IMG/VR virus record: IMGVR_UViG_3300040801_000321
Span: 1-55,489 of that record
Length of the DNA: 55,489 bases
Strand: one strand, 5' to 3'
Origin: a virus
In this document: positions 10,254 to 19,509 of the stretch, piece by piece
Numbering within the stretch: position 1 is the first letter of the stretch
How the letters are laid out: every line of letters begins with the position of its first letter
Translations under genes and position numbers: made by a program
The notes under the pieces: generated by a model
Told to the model about the DNA's origin: nothing
The model's database searches: none
Seen by the model: the letters and a program-made list of their open reading frames with translations, nothing else

Positions 10254-10600
10254 CAGTACATCTCCAGCAGGTTCATCGTCGCCCGCCACCAGTCATAACC
10301 GATGTAGTCATATGATGGCGGCCCATCAAACCAGAAAGTCCGGGTCGTGCCGTGGGCGTCTGTATGTGAGAACGACAGCGCGCCGTGGGCGCAGGACGTT
10401 GCAAAAAAGTTTCGCATAGTACCGTACTGGGTCTCTGTCAGATCGAGGCTCCCGGACAGCCTCCGCAGGCCTGCAGTGCTCCTGCGGCGACGTTTCGGTG
10501 GGCCTACCTCCATCTGAGACACGATCAGGTTTTCTGCATCCTGCTCTGTGAATCCTCCTGCCCAATAAGCTGGTAAGCCAACCGGCCATGCAACTGCCAT
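10253..10600 (-). CDS. Minor tail protein (gpM-like position)
   Basis: 115-aa ORF starting 4 nt after the tape-measure stop. The call is positional only. Confidence 0.4.
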   Translation of the reverse strand: MAVAWPVGLPAYWAGGFTEQDAENLIVSQMEVGPPKRRRRSTAGLRRLSGSLDLTETQYGTMRNFFATSCAHGALSFSHTDAHGTTRTFWFDGPPSYDYIGYDWWRATMNLLEMY

Positions 10601-10604
10601 AACT

Positions 10605-13600
10605 TTACCTCTGCGCCATTACGTTCCGCAATCCGTATTTAGCACGCAGTGCCCGGGACATCGGCCCATCTTGTGCTATGTCGCTTGTCATTGCGTTCAC
10701 AAGCACCTTGATGAGCTGGCTTCCGTCTGGCTGCCTTTGCGTTTGGACCTGCGGCTGGGGTGCGTCTGCTCCACCCATGTTGATGATTTCGATGCGCGTC
10801 TCTGGGACGTTTACCGTCACTGGCTCTGTGCTTTGCTTCTGTGGCGGCAGCATGATGTGGTTTTCGATCTTCGGCTCAAATGCCTTTTGCTCGCTTTCCA
10901 CTGTGATCTTCCGATCCTCCCGGGCGAGCAGTTCTGCTGATGTCTCGTTGTCGAAGATTCGGCCCATGCGATCTTCCATGAAAATCTCTGGACCTTTCTC
11001 ACCGACAACGTAAGCCTGCCCGGGCAGCACCTTGCCGCCGCGTGCACGTCCCGGGAACATGTTGCCAATGCCTTCTGTGAGCGGCTGGGTTATAAACATC
11101 CGCACCAGAATCCGGATGATGTCCTGCTCAAGCCCCTTCAGCACATCGCTGAAACTCTTCGCCTCAACAATCGCATCCTCGAAAGCAGAAGCAAACGACA
11201 TGCCGAGATTTTCTGCGAGGAACTTGAGACGTTTCATCCCTTCGCTCATCTGCGTTTCGCTTTCGGTCAGCCGCACATACTCTTGTCCTGCTGCCTTGTT
11301 TGCTCTGCGGATGTATTCCTCGATTTGATCTGCCAGCTCCGGATAAGCAGAAATAAGCATACGCTCCAACTGCAACAGCTCTTCGCGCTTGCGGTTGAAC
11401 TCTTCGAGTGGCGTCATGTTCGCTTCAATGAGTTGATCGTATTGCTCGCGCAGCTCTTCTAGTGCCTTGTTGTGCGGATCGAGTGCGGCCTGTGCCTTTT
11501 GAATCTCGATGCGCACAGCCTCCCAATCTTCTCTTGCGCGGCCTAGCAAATCTCCACCAAATCCACGGCGCATATTCTCATCGATCATCGCAATCGCAGA
11601 ATCGACCAGCTTCAGCTGCTGTGCGAGACGTTCTGCTTCAGCAACATCCGGCAGGAACTCTGAGAAGGTGTCTTGTAGTGCTGTTGCTGCTTCGGGATCT
11701 GGCGCTAGTGCTGTTGGCTTCGGCTTTGGCTTCGGCTTTTCGTTTTGGTCCTGCTGATCTTTTAGTGCTGCTGTCGCGGAACGAATGCCCATCTCATACC
11801 GGAAATAGTCATCCGTCGCAGCTTGTATCGCGGCTGTGGCTGCGTCTTGTGTGACCTTGCTTTCTTCGATCTGCGCTTGTAGGCTGGCGACGGAACCTGT
11901 GAGTGCGTTCGCACGCTCCCGCATCAGGTCCGTACTGCTGCGCCAACTCGCGGCAACATCCCCAAACCCCGGGATGTAGTCTGCGACGTTCGCAAGCATC
12001 CCATAGAACCCAGCGAACTTCTCCAACAGCCACGCAAGCACTTCATTCCATGCGATCTTCCAGCGCAACATGAAGCGTTGCGTCGTGCCCTGTAACTTCG
12101 TCCACATCTCATCAAATGCCGCGATAGTAGCCGCAGCAAACAACCGCACCCCGCGAACGTTCTCATACAGCCAGCTACCAATCTGCCAACCCGCAAGCGC
12201 AGCAATCAGCACACCCATCGCTCCCTTCAGCGTTAGCAATGCTGCGCCTGTCGCTTTGATCCCGAGTGCGGTCTTGTGCATCGAGGCTGCGAACAGGTTT
12301 CCAACATGCGTACCTGATATCATCAGTGCGATGGTGGCTGGAAGGTGCTGCGAGTTGAGTGCGATCAGCGCTGCGTTCATCGCTTTGATTGCGACCACGC
12401 CTTTGGTCCACGCGAGGAAGAATGCTGCGAGTGGTGTGCCGTACTTGATGATGTCGATTGTCGTCTTGAGAAGAATCTCAAGCCCACCGACGATGTATGG
12501 AATTGCCTTTGTAAGTGCTGCGATGCCCTTGGAGATTGACGGAAGTGCCTCTGCCCCGAGCTTGATCAGTTCTGCTTTCAGCGAGGCTGAGGCCTGCTGA
12601 AACTTGAACATGGTGTCTTGTGTGACTCCCTCGAAAGCTGTCTTGAGACTCTGACCGGTTTCCTTCGCAAGCGCAGCAAAAATCTCGCGCACAATGTCTG
12701 CGTTCGCGCCGACGAGCGAGAACACGCCCGTCAGTGCGCGGATATTCGGGATCATGGTTGTGAAAACGCTCAGGTCACCTTTCGCAGCTTCCTTCAGCAG
12801 ATGGAGTGTTTCGATCAGCCCGTCATCCCGGAGCGACTTTTGCAGCTGCTCTGACGACAGGCCAACCTTTTTGAACATCTGCTCCTGCTTTTCTGCAGGA
12901 CTGATGATGGCGCTGATGGTGGACTTGAGTGCTGTGGTGGCTTCGGCTGCGTTGATACCGACACGTGTGAGTGCGGCGAGCGTTGCGCCAACTTCTGCGA
13001 ACTCAACACCAGCAGCCTCAGCAACACCAATGACTGGACCAATCGCCGCAGAGATTTCCTCTGCTGCGGCTTTACCTTCCCGGACAGTCGCAACGAGAAT
13101 GCCGACTGCCTTCTCAGCACTAAGGTTCGCAGCACCATAAGCGTTGACAGCTGATGTTGCCGCGTCAGCAACCACCTTAGTCTCGCCCATACCTGCGGCT
13201 GCAGCTTGTGCTGAAGCCCGGAGCACGTCTAACGCTTCCTTGCCACGGAATCCTGCAGACGTGACAAAGAACAGACCTTCTGCCAGCTCCTGCGGGCTGC
13301 GCCCGACTTCGCCAGCCATCTTCAAAACATCATCCGACATCGCATTGACGGATGCGCGTGAGACGCCCACAAGGTTCACGACCTTCGACATCTCACTCTC
13401 AAAAGTAACCGCCATCTGCGTGGCGGCTTTGCCGAAGTTTATGAGGATTGCAGCATTCAGGCCGATGCCGAGAAACGTGCCGAGCTTTTTGAGCTGGCTC
13501 ATTCTGGAGGCTGAATGGAGCTTGTCGAACTTCTGATCCAGCCGCTGTACTTCGTCGCCTGCGCTCTTGGTGCTGCGCTTGAGCTTATTTAGTGCGCCTT

Positions 13601-13673
13601 CTGCCCTTTGCGCCGGCACCACCATTCCGGAAGGATCCAGCTTCAACCGTAATGTGGTTATTTGTTCGCTCAC
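10605..13673 (-). CDS. Tail tape measure protein
   Basis: 1022 aa with long helical Ala-rich regions, hydrophobic glycine-zipper segments and coiled coils. It lies downstream of the G/G-T chaperones. GTG start preceded by GGAGA. Confidence 0.9.
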   Translation of the reverse strand: MSEQITTLRLKLDPSGMVVPAQRAEGALNKLKRSTKSAGDEVQRLDQKFDKLHSASRMSQLKKLGTFLGIGLNAAILINFGKAATQMAVTFESEMSKVVNLVGVSRASVNAMSDDVLKMAGEVGRSPQELAEGLFFVTSAGFRGKEALDVLRASAQAAAAGMGETKVVADAATSAVNAYGAANLSAEKAVGILVATVREGKAAAEEISAAIGPVIGVAEAAGVEFAEVGATLAALTRVGINAAEATTALKSTISAIISPAEKQEQMFKKVGLSSEQLQKSLRDDGLIETLHLLKEAAKGDLSVFTTMIPNIRALTGVFSLVGANADIVREIFAALAKETGQSLKTAFEGVTQDTMFKFQQASASLKAELIKLGAEALPSISKGIAALTKAIPYIVGGLEILLKTTIDIIKYGTPLAAFFLAWTKGVVAIKAMNAALIALNSQHLPATIALMISGTHVGNLFAASMHKTALGIKATGAALLTLKGAMGVLIAALAGWQIGSWLYENVRGVRLFAAATIAAFDEMWTKLQGTTQRFMLRWKIAWNEVLAWLLEKFAGFYGMLANVADYIPGFGDVAASWRSSTDLMRERANALTGSVASLQAQIEESKVTQDAATAAIQAATDDYFRYEMGIRSATAALKDQQDQNEKPKPKPKPTALAPDPEAATALQDTFSEFLPDVAEAERLAQQLKLVDSAIAMIDENMRRGFGGDLLGRAREDWEAVRIEIQKAQAALDPHNKALEELREQYDQLIEANMTPLEEFNRKREELLQLERMLISAYPELADQIEEYIRRANKAAGQEYVRLTESETQMSEGMKRLKFLAENLGMSFASAFEDAIVEAKSFSDVLKGLEQDIIRILVRMFITQPLTEGIGNMFPGRARGGKVLPGQAYVVGEKGPEIFMEDRMGRIFDNETSAELLAREDRKITVESEQKAFEPKIENHIMLPPQKQSTEPVTVNVPETRIEIINMGGADAPQPQVQTQRQPDGSQLIKVLVNAMTSDIAQDGPMSRALRAKYGLRNVMAQR

Positions 13674-14345
13674 TGGCTGTCTCCAATTGCGACCTTTCGA
13701 TCATCTGTATTGCCCAAACGAACTCTTCACGATCTTCGATGGACATTAACTCGCAATAAGCCAGCATCTCACTGAGCTGTATCCGTTCTGTGGCTGCCTG
13801 CCTGAGTTGAACGTATGCGCTGAAATAAATCTCTAAGTCTGTGTACAGTTCAGGCTTGTTCTCAATCGCCGGAACTCGCCTGCCTTGCTCTTGAATCCTC
13901 CTGAGCTTTGGAAGATGAGGTGCCCAGTGCTGCTCCCACCTGAGCACCTCATCTAGTTTTTTACAGCTTCCTCACGCTCACCTTCAGTGAACAAAGCCAT
14001 CTCGTCAGCGTATGCATACACCACGTCGCGGAAGTCCTTGATGCTGAGAACTTCGACTGCGTTCTCAGTGTTGTACTCGATTGCGTTGCCGCTCTCGTCC
14101 TCAAGTCCTTCCCAACCCAGCAGCACCGTCTCAGCCATGCACTCTGCTAAGATACGCTCAGCAACTTCGTCACTCAAGGTTCCCGCACGCAGCTGGTGGC
14201 GGTATGGCTTTGTGGCCTTGCTGAAGTATGCCTTGTACTTCGGATTGCCTAGCCGCGCAACCTTGATCCGGGCACCTTGACCCAGATCAACCCACACCCC
14301 ATCAACTTCCTTCTGCGTGTTGGTCTTGAACTGTGAGATTTTCAT
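13585..14345 (-). CDS. Tail assembly chaperone G-T fusion (requires -1 frameshift at 13956..13962)
   Basis: The -1 frame relative to the G ORF is open from the slippery site down to 13585 (...LDEVLRWEQHW...). This architecture is conserved in long-tailed phages. Confidence 0.6.
13953..14345 (-). CDS. Tail assembly chaperone (gpG-like)
   Basis: 130-aa acidic ORF between the major tail gene and the tape measure. It ends ...EAVKN* immediately after an A_AAA_AAC heptamer. Confidence 0.7.
   Translation of the reverse strand: MKISQFKTNTQKEVDGVWVDLGQGARIKVARLGNPKYKAYFSKATKPYRHQLRAGTLSDEVAERILAECMAETVLLGWEGLEDESGNAIEYNTENAVEVLSIKDFRDVVYAYADEMALFTEGEREEAVKN
13956..13962 (-). promoter_or_regulatory. 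-1 programmed ribosomal frameshift slippery heptamer A_AAA_AAC
   Basis: The minus strand reads gcu gua aaa aac uag. The X_XXY_YYZ heptamer is in the zero frame directly before the G stop, and a -1 shift enters the 13585..13947 ORF frame. Confidence 0.7.
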
Positions 14346-14358
14346 TCAGCCTCCCCGT

Positions 14359-15279
14359 TTATGCTGCTGATCTCGTCATGCGCATCGTCACACCGAGAGT
14401 CGGGTCACGGTACGCGGTAAACGTCATGTCTGCGATGACGTCCTGATTGTTCCCGGGCGTGATCACGTTACCATCCGACCACTTCAGCTTCGGCAGGTTC
14501 ACAAGGTAAGAATTGCCGGCGACATCGGTGAGCGTGAAGGTGAAGGATGATGCGGTGTTGTTGAGATACTTCTCATACAGCGCCCGATCCTCGAAATATG
14601 CCTGCATGCTCCCGGTGACTTGGAACTGACCGAAGCCAATATCCATCGGGCCCAGCACGCCGACTGCGGGCTTGGGACGCGAGTTGTTGTTGACATCGAG
14701 CGAGATTTGCAAGATGTCGCCGCCAAATGCGCTCCCACCTTCCGTTACAGCTGTGACGTTGTCGATGGCGTTGAGCACTGACGTTGTGCTCGCTGCGGTT
14801 GGCGAACCGTCGCCAACAGTCGTGCCGCTCGCCACTGCCTTCTGACCTGCGAAGGTGAATGAGCCGTTGATGATGCTCCCGGGCTCAACAGTCAGAGACC
14901 CACCAGTAACGCGCATGCCGTAGAATGCAACATATTCGCTGATGTCCTGAAACTGCTTCTCGATCAGGAATGACTTCATCGTCGTGCCGTTGCTCAGAAC
15001 GTCCGTGGACCATGTCCCAGCAAGCAACGCTTCGAACAACGCATCATAGGTGCCATACGAAAGCTCAAGGTTGACGCTGCCGCTGGCGCCGATACTCGTG
15101 CGCATGACGTCTGCGACCTGACGATCCGGGCGAATCTCTTCAGATGAAGAAAACTCGGAATCGTGCTTGAGACTTTCCCCGGTAAGACGCAGCGCCGCAA
15201 GTTTCGGTGCAACGCCACCACCATCACCCCAGATCGTTTCCGGAGTAATGTACAAGCCAACTCGTGAACTATCACTCAT
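14359..15279 (-). CDS. Major tail (tube) protein
   Basis: 306-aa ORF between the tail terminator and chaperone genes. The call rests on position and size. Confidence 0.65.
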   Translation of the reverse strand: MSDSSRVGLYITPETIWGDGGGVAPKLAALRLTGESLKHDSEFSSSEEIRPDRQVADVMRTSIGASGSVNLELSYGTYDALFEALLAGTWSTDVLSNGTTMKSFLIEKQFQDISEYVAFYGMRVTGGSLTVEPGSIINGSFTFAGQKAVASGTTVGDGSPTAASTTSVLNAIDNVTAVTEGGSAFGGDILQISLDVNNNSRPKPAVGVLGPMDIGFGQFQVTGSMQAYFEDRALYEKYLNNTASSFTFTLTDVAGNSYLVNLPKLKWSDGNVITPGNNQDVIADMTFTAYRDPTLGVTMRMTRSAA

Positions 15280-15293
15280 GTTCCTGCTCCTGT

Positions 15294-15707
15294 TTACCCA
15301 TAGCTGTCAACTTGGAAACCTGTGCTTGCGTTGATCTGGTACCATGGGCCGGATTGCCCCACGCGATTCATGCTTGTGCCCCGGAAGATGACGCCCTCTG
15401 CTGTCATCGCGCCTTGGAAGCAATCTGCGATGGCTTCATACAGCTCTTCGCCAACACCAGTCCCTGCGTTGTGGGGTATGAAAATCTGGACAATCACAAC
15501 CCCACCAGTCCGCCACCTACGGTTGTTTGGAGTCCCTCCAAGTCCAGCTTGTGACGTTGTACCGGGTAGAATGTTGAACTTGGCCCAGACTGCGTTGTCT
15601 GGCGGCGCAAACTCTTCGTTCTCCCACTCAACTGGATACTGTGGGAACCTATCCTCCCAGTAATCCATAAAACGTTTGCGAATTGCCTGTGCGTGTTCAG
15701 CCTTCAT
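15294..15707 (-). CDS. Tail terminator-like protein
   Basis: 137-aa ORF immediately upstream of the tube gene, with a 4-nt overlap onto the preceding gene. Confidence 0.5.
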   Translation of the reverse strand: MKAEHAQAIRKRFMDYWEDRFPQYPVEWENEEFAPPDNAVWAKFNILPGTTSQAGLGGTPNNRRWRTGGVVIVQIFIPHNAGTGVGEELYEAIADCFQGAMTAEGVIFRGTSMNRVGQSGPWYQINASTGFQVDSYG

Positions 15708-16135
15708 TTGTATCTCGCGATAACTTCAGCCACCGTCACAGCAACCATGCCGCGTGGGGCTTGTGTTGAACCTCGCATCACACCATCAATCTTTCGTCGC
15801 CCGTTCTCCAGCACACCGATGTATGGTGCGTTGTTGAAGATCCAGACAGGCTGGTACGGCATCAGCCCTGTGACACCGGTAATGCTCGCGAGCACTGCAC
15901 CGCTGCCGGATGGGTCTGCGCCGGGAACCTCTGCTTCATTCGGTGTCGTGCCGAGCTGCCAGTTGGCCCGGGCATGACCGCCCACGTATCCCTTTGGACC
16001 TTTCTTGCTCTTCCAGATCGAAGGATTGCCCACTGGCGTTTTCATCACGATTGACCGGAACATATCAAGCGCCAGCTTTTTCGTTCCAGCAACAGCATCG
16101 TCCCGGGCCAGATCCTTGAACTTGTCAAGCTCCAT
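15704..16135 (-). CDS. HK97 gp10-like neck / tail-completion protein
   Basis: PVGNPSIWKSKKGPKGYVGGHARANWQ resembles the HK97 gp10 family. The start is refined to MELDKFKDL. Confidence 0.55.
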   Translation of the reverse strand: MELDKFKDLARDDAVAGTKKLALDMFRSIVMKTPVGNPSIWKSKKGPKGYVGGHARANWQLGTTPNEAEVPGADPSGSGAVLASITGVTGLMPYQPVWIFNNAPYIGVLENGRRKIDGVMRGSTQAPRGMVAVTVAEVIARYK

Positions 16136-16155
16136 GTTGAATGCCTTGATCGTGT

Positions 16156-16515
16156 TCACTTCTGTAGCCTCAAGATGTACGCAGCAACTTGCTCGCCGCT
16201 CCACACAGCCTCAACAGCAACAACTGTCCACGTCGCGCCTGCGAAAATGATGCGGTCCTTTTCGTCCGGGACGATCTCAAGATCAACCGCAGCCACCATC
16301 GTTTTCATCTCGCCCGTCTTTACCATTGCGCCGTCGCGCAACTCTTGGTATGGTTCTGGCGGGGAAAGCTTGATGGTGTACTGCTGGGTTTCTTGCAGAT
16401 AGCCTTTCGACGCGACACGATCATACAAATACTCATCGCGCTGCAAGACTGCGCTGGCACCGAACTGGCCGATCAAATCGGAAGCCAGTGCGCGCATCTG
16501 TGTGTCGAGTGTCAT
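16156..16515 (-). CDS. Head-closure / head-tail joining protein
   Basis: 119-aa ORF in the connector module, with a 4-nt overlap onto the upstream gene. Confidence 0.5.
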   Translation of the reverse strand: MTLDTQMRALASDLIGQFGASAVLQRDEYLYDRVASKGYLQETQQYTIKLSPPEPYQELRDGAMVKTGEMKTMVAAVDLEIVPDEKDRIIFAGATWTVVAVEAVWSGEQVAAYILRLQK

Positions 16516-17033
16516 GCCCGCTCCAGTACCGCGCTGCGCGTCCCGCCTGTAAGCAGATGCCGCAACGAACGATACACCTCATTGTAAGTGGGCTCAGTGT
16601 TCGTTGTGGTGTTGTCGTATTCGACCTCAAGGCTGCCGACCTTCTGCCGACGCACTGCTGCGCCCGGGGCAGTGTCCGGGAGCAGTGTGCCTGCGATGGC
16701 ACGCTCTGCGAGCAGGATCGTTGCTGCGTTGACCTCGCCCGGAACTTCATCAACGCCAATCGCCCACCCAACAGGATACCCGGGCACCGTCACCTCAGCA
16801 CGCGGCCAATCGAGTGACTGTGACTCGGAATACCGCAGCCCCTTCCAGCGCCCACGATACTGCTGTGTGAGATAGTCTGTGGCTTGTACTAGTGCGGCTT
16901 CCTGCTCTGCTTCCGTCTTGGCAATCCATGCTGCGGCTCGATTGCGCGCAGTAAGGTATGCCGTCGCCTGAGCAACCGAAGCGTAACTGTTGGCGCCAGC
17001 GACGACACTCCCATCTTCAACGACAATGGCCAT
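16512..17033 (-). CDS. Head-tail connector (gp6-like adaptor)
   Basis: The N-terminus ...GANSYASVAQATAYLTARN... is typical of gp6-like adaptors. It lies downstream of the capsid gene. Confidence 0.55.
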   Translation of the reverse strand: MAIVVEDGSVVAGANSYASVAQATAYLTARNRAAAWIAKTEAEQEAALVQATDYLTQQYRGRWKGLRYSESQSLDWPRAEVTVPGYPVGWAIGVDEVPGEVNAATILLAERAIAGTLLPDTAPGAAVRRQKVGSLEVEYDNTTTNTEPTYNEVYRSLRHLLTGGTRSAVLERA

Positions 17034-17046
17034 GGCTTGCCCTCAT

Positions 17047-17379
17047 TTACGGCAGCTTGTCTACGGTGTGCTCACTTTGCTTGATCGACTTCGGCTTGGC
17101 TGGCTCTTTCGGCTTTGCGAACAACTCGTCAAGACTGTTGACAATTTTCACATGGCCATCGTATGCCGCTCGCACACGCTCGATCTTTGGCCCTTTCCCG
17201 AGCAACACGATTGTCTTGAACTGGCTGTCTAGCCCGTACTCTGGGTTGAATGCTGATGCGTCTCGCAACTGCACTCGCAGGCCTAGTTCTGATGCCTGCT
17301 TTTTTGCCTCGATGAGTTCGTCAGCCGAACCGAACAACGCCACCTTGGGCGTCTGCGGGATCATAATGCTCTCTGCCAC
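17047..17379 (-). CDS. Hypothetical protein (between capsid and connector)
   Basis: 110-aa ORF with a Lys/Pro-rich tail. No motif recognised. Confidence 0.55.
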   Translation of the reverse strand: MAESIMIPQTPKVALFGSADELIEAKKQASELGLRVQLRDASAFNPEYGLDSQFKTIVLLGKGPKIERVRAAYDGHVKIVNSLDELFAKPKEPAKPKSIKQSEHTVDKLP

Positions 17380-17441
17380 TTCAACCTCCCGTTGATTAAT
17401 GGGCTGCGCGCAACACTACGCTACGCGCAGCCCATCATTGC

Positions 17442-18437
17442 TTACCGCGTGGCCAGACACACACCAGCCAGATCGCGACGATCCGCCATCACGACATCCC
17501 AGTTGGTCGCCGTGCCGAGTGCGGTTGCGTCCGGGTTGAGGCCACCGTTGGCCACATCCCACTTCGCACCCTTGAGGCCAAGGTTCCATGCGTACTCACC
17601 CTGCAGGCGCACAACGATATTCTCCAGACCGGTGATCAGCTCTGCGTGGATCAGCTGCTCTTCGGTCTGCTCAATCGTCACCGCGCCAGCCGTCAGGCCC
17701 AGCGTGTAGTAGGCATCGACGCCAGCAGCAACACCATCCGCCACGACCAGCGAGCTGGAGTCAGTCACAAGCACAGGACGGTTGAAGGTGCGCGGCGTGG
17801 GCTCTGCGAAGATCGCGCCGGCAATCGTGTCCAACTTGTAGTTGGTCATCTGGTCCTTCACCAGATCGAAATACGCTTTCGAGTGCATGACCCAAAGGCC
17901 AATGCGCTCCGCAGCGTCACCGAACTTCGCCATCGCATCCACGAGACCACCAGACGTAATGGCAGCTGCGGTATCGTCCTCATACACCGTTGCGGATGCG
18001 GCGGTGACGAGATGCGCCCGGGTAGCCAGCAGAGCATCGTTCAGCCAGCCCGCAATCTGCGCCTTCGCAATCTGCGTGCCGATGAGGAACGACAAGCTGT
18101 TGACGCCTGCCTGCGAACCGATCTTGCGGAAGCTGTCGAGCGTCTGCGCCACTGGGCCGATGCGCCTGTTCAGCTTCACCTTGACGAACTCATCCTGCGT
18201 CAGCGAATTGTCGGTAACACTCGTCACTGCGGCGATGTCGCGACGATTGATGAGACCGGAAGTGTTCTTGAAGAACGCTTCATAGTCGAAGTGCCCGGGC
18301 TTCTGGTTCGTCGTCATGCGGATACAACCGCGTGACTGGGCGTTGAATGCTTCTGTGTTCTGGACGAGTGTTTCCACAAGTCCACCCTGAATCTGGTCAT
18401 CGTAAATCTTGACGCCAGAATAAGTGCCGATTGCCAT
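17442..18437 (-). CDS. Major capsid protein
   Basis: 331-aa ORF directly downstream of the scaffold gene. Size and position are typical of an HK97-fold coat protein. Confidence 0.8.
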   Translation of the reverse strand: MAIGTYSGVKIYDDQIQGGLVETLVQNTEAFNAQSRGCIRMTTNQKPGHFDYEAFFKNTSGLINRRDIAAVTSVTDNSLTQDEFVKVKLNRRIGPVAQTLDSFRKIGSQAGVNSLSFLIGTQIAKAQIAGWLNDALLATRAHLVTAASATVYEDDTAAAITSGGLVDAMAKFGDAAERIGLWVMHSKAYFDLVKDQMTNYKLDTIAGAIFAEPTPRTFNRPVLVTDSSSLVVADGVAAGVDAYYTLGLTAGAVTIEQTEEQLIHAELITGLENIVVRLQGEYAWNLGLKGAKWDVANGGLNPDATALGTATNWDVVMADRRDLAGVCLATR

Positions 18438-18470
18438 GGTATTGCTCCCGTGATGTAGCTACAAATGGAG

Positions 18471-19250
18471 CTAGTAGGCCAGTGACAAGAAAGACTGAAT
18501 GCCGTGTTTCTCGATGTACTCAGACTTCTCATCAACGGACATTTCGCTCCGTTTCTTTGTGCTTCCCGCACCACCTGATTTGGATGGCGGCGTCCCACCA
18601 CCGGATGCACCAGACCCATCGAATGCGCGACTGAAGATATTGTCGTTGCGCATTTCGGTGATCAGGTCTGTAATTGTCATGTACTCACCGTCTGCGTTGA
18701 CTCGCGGCTCGCCCTTGTTATTGAGAACGCGCACTTCAAACTCGCCATTCTCTTCCACAACCGCAGTACGCGAACGGATATGCGGCAGCAGCAGCTCAGG
18801 TTCTCCCTTTGCGCCGGCAATCGCAGACGTTGCGACGTTGTCAACAATCAACTTCTGGATCTGACCGAGCAGCTGACCCTCGCGCTGCTCGCGCTTGTCC
18901 AGCTCTTTCTTGTGCTGGGTGTTGATCTGTTCCTTGAGCTTGTCCCATTCGCCGGCAGTCTCCAGCTTTTTGCGCTCAGTCTCGTCTTTGAGCTTGCGCA
19001 GCTCTTGGTACTCTTCCAAGTCAACACCTTCAAACTGGGACTTCAGATCGTTCGCAGACCTTTCCATTTTCTTGCGCTGCTCACGCTCTTTCTGAAGTGC
19101 TGACTTCAACCCCGGGACAAGTGCTTCTTCAAGCTGGGACGGATCCACCGCCAGCTTGTAGCCTTTGCCGTCCTCATTTGGGGAATATAGGACGCGCAGT
19201 GGCTCTGCCACACCGTCCAGACTCTCAATGCTCTGCTCAAGTTCCATCAA
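18471..19250 (-). CDS. Capsid scaffolding protein
   Basis: 259 aa, highly charged with coiled coils (EREQRKKMERS..., KKLETAGEWDKLKEQ). It is immediately upstream of the capsid gene. Confidence 0.7.
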   Translation of the reverse strand: MMELEQSIESLDGVAEPLRVLYSPNEDGKGYKLAVDPSQLEEALVPGLKSALQKEREQRKKMERSANDLKSQFEGVDLEEYQELRKLKDETERKKLETAGEWDKLKEQINTQHKKELDKREQREGQLLGQIQKLIVDNVATSAIAGAKGEPELLLPHIRSRTAVVEENGEFEVRVLNNKGEPRVNADGEYMTITDLITEMRNDNIFSRAFDGSGASGGGTPPSKSGGAGSTKKRSEMSVDEKSEYIEKHGIQSFLSLAY

Positions 19251-19302
19251 TGCTCTCCCAGCGTCTCGCTGCTTTGAATTTACTACAGTTGTTGTGCTGA
19301 AT

Positions 19303-19509
19303 CTACATCATTTCATCTTCCGGGATAAACTCACCCGGATCGTCCGTCATGCTCTTAATCCATAGCAGGGTTTCGAACAAATCACCCCATGGTGACTTTG
19401 CTGGCGCTGGATCTTTTGCGCGCAGACTTTCGACCTGCTTTTGCAGTTGCTCTGTCCACTCTTCCTGCCCTTGAATGACGCTTATCGCAAGCTCAAACTC
19501 TTCGCTCAT
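19303..19509 (-). CDS. Hypothetical small acidic protein
   Basis: 68-aa ORF with a 4-nt overlap onto the MuF gene stop. Confidence 0.5.
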   Translation of the reverse strand: MSEEFELAISVIQGQEEWTEQLQKQVESLRAKDPAPAKSPWGDLFETLLWIKSMTDDPGEFIPEDEMM

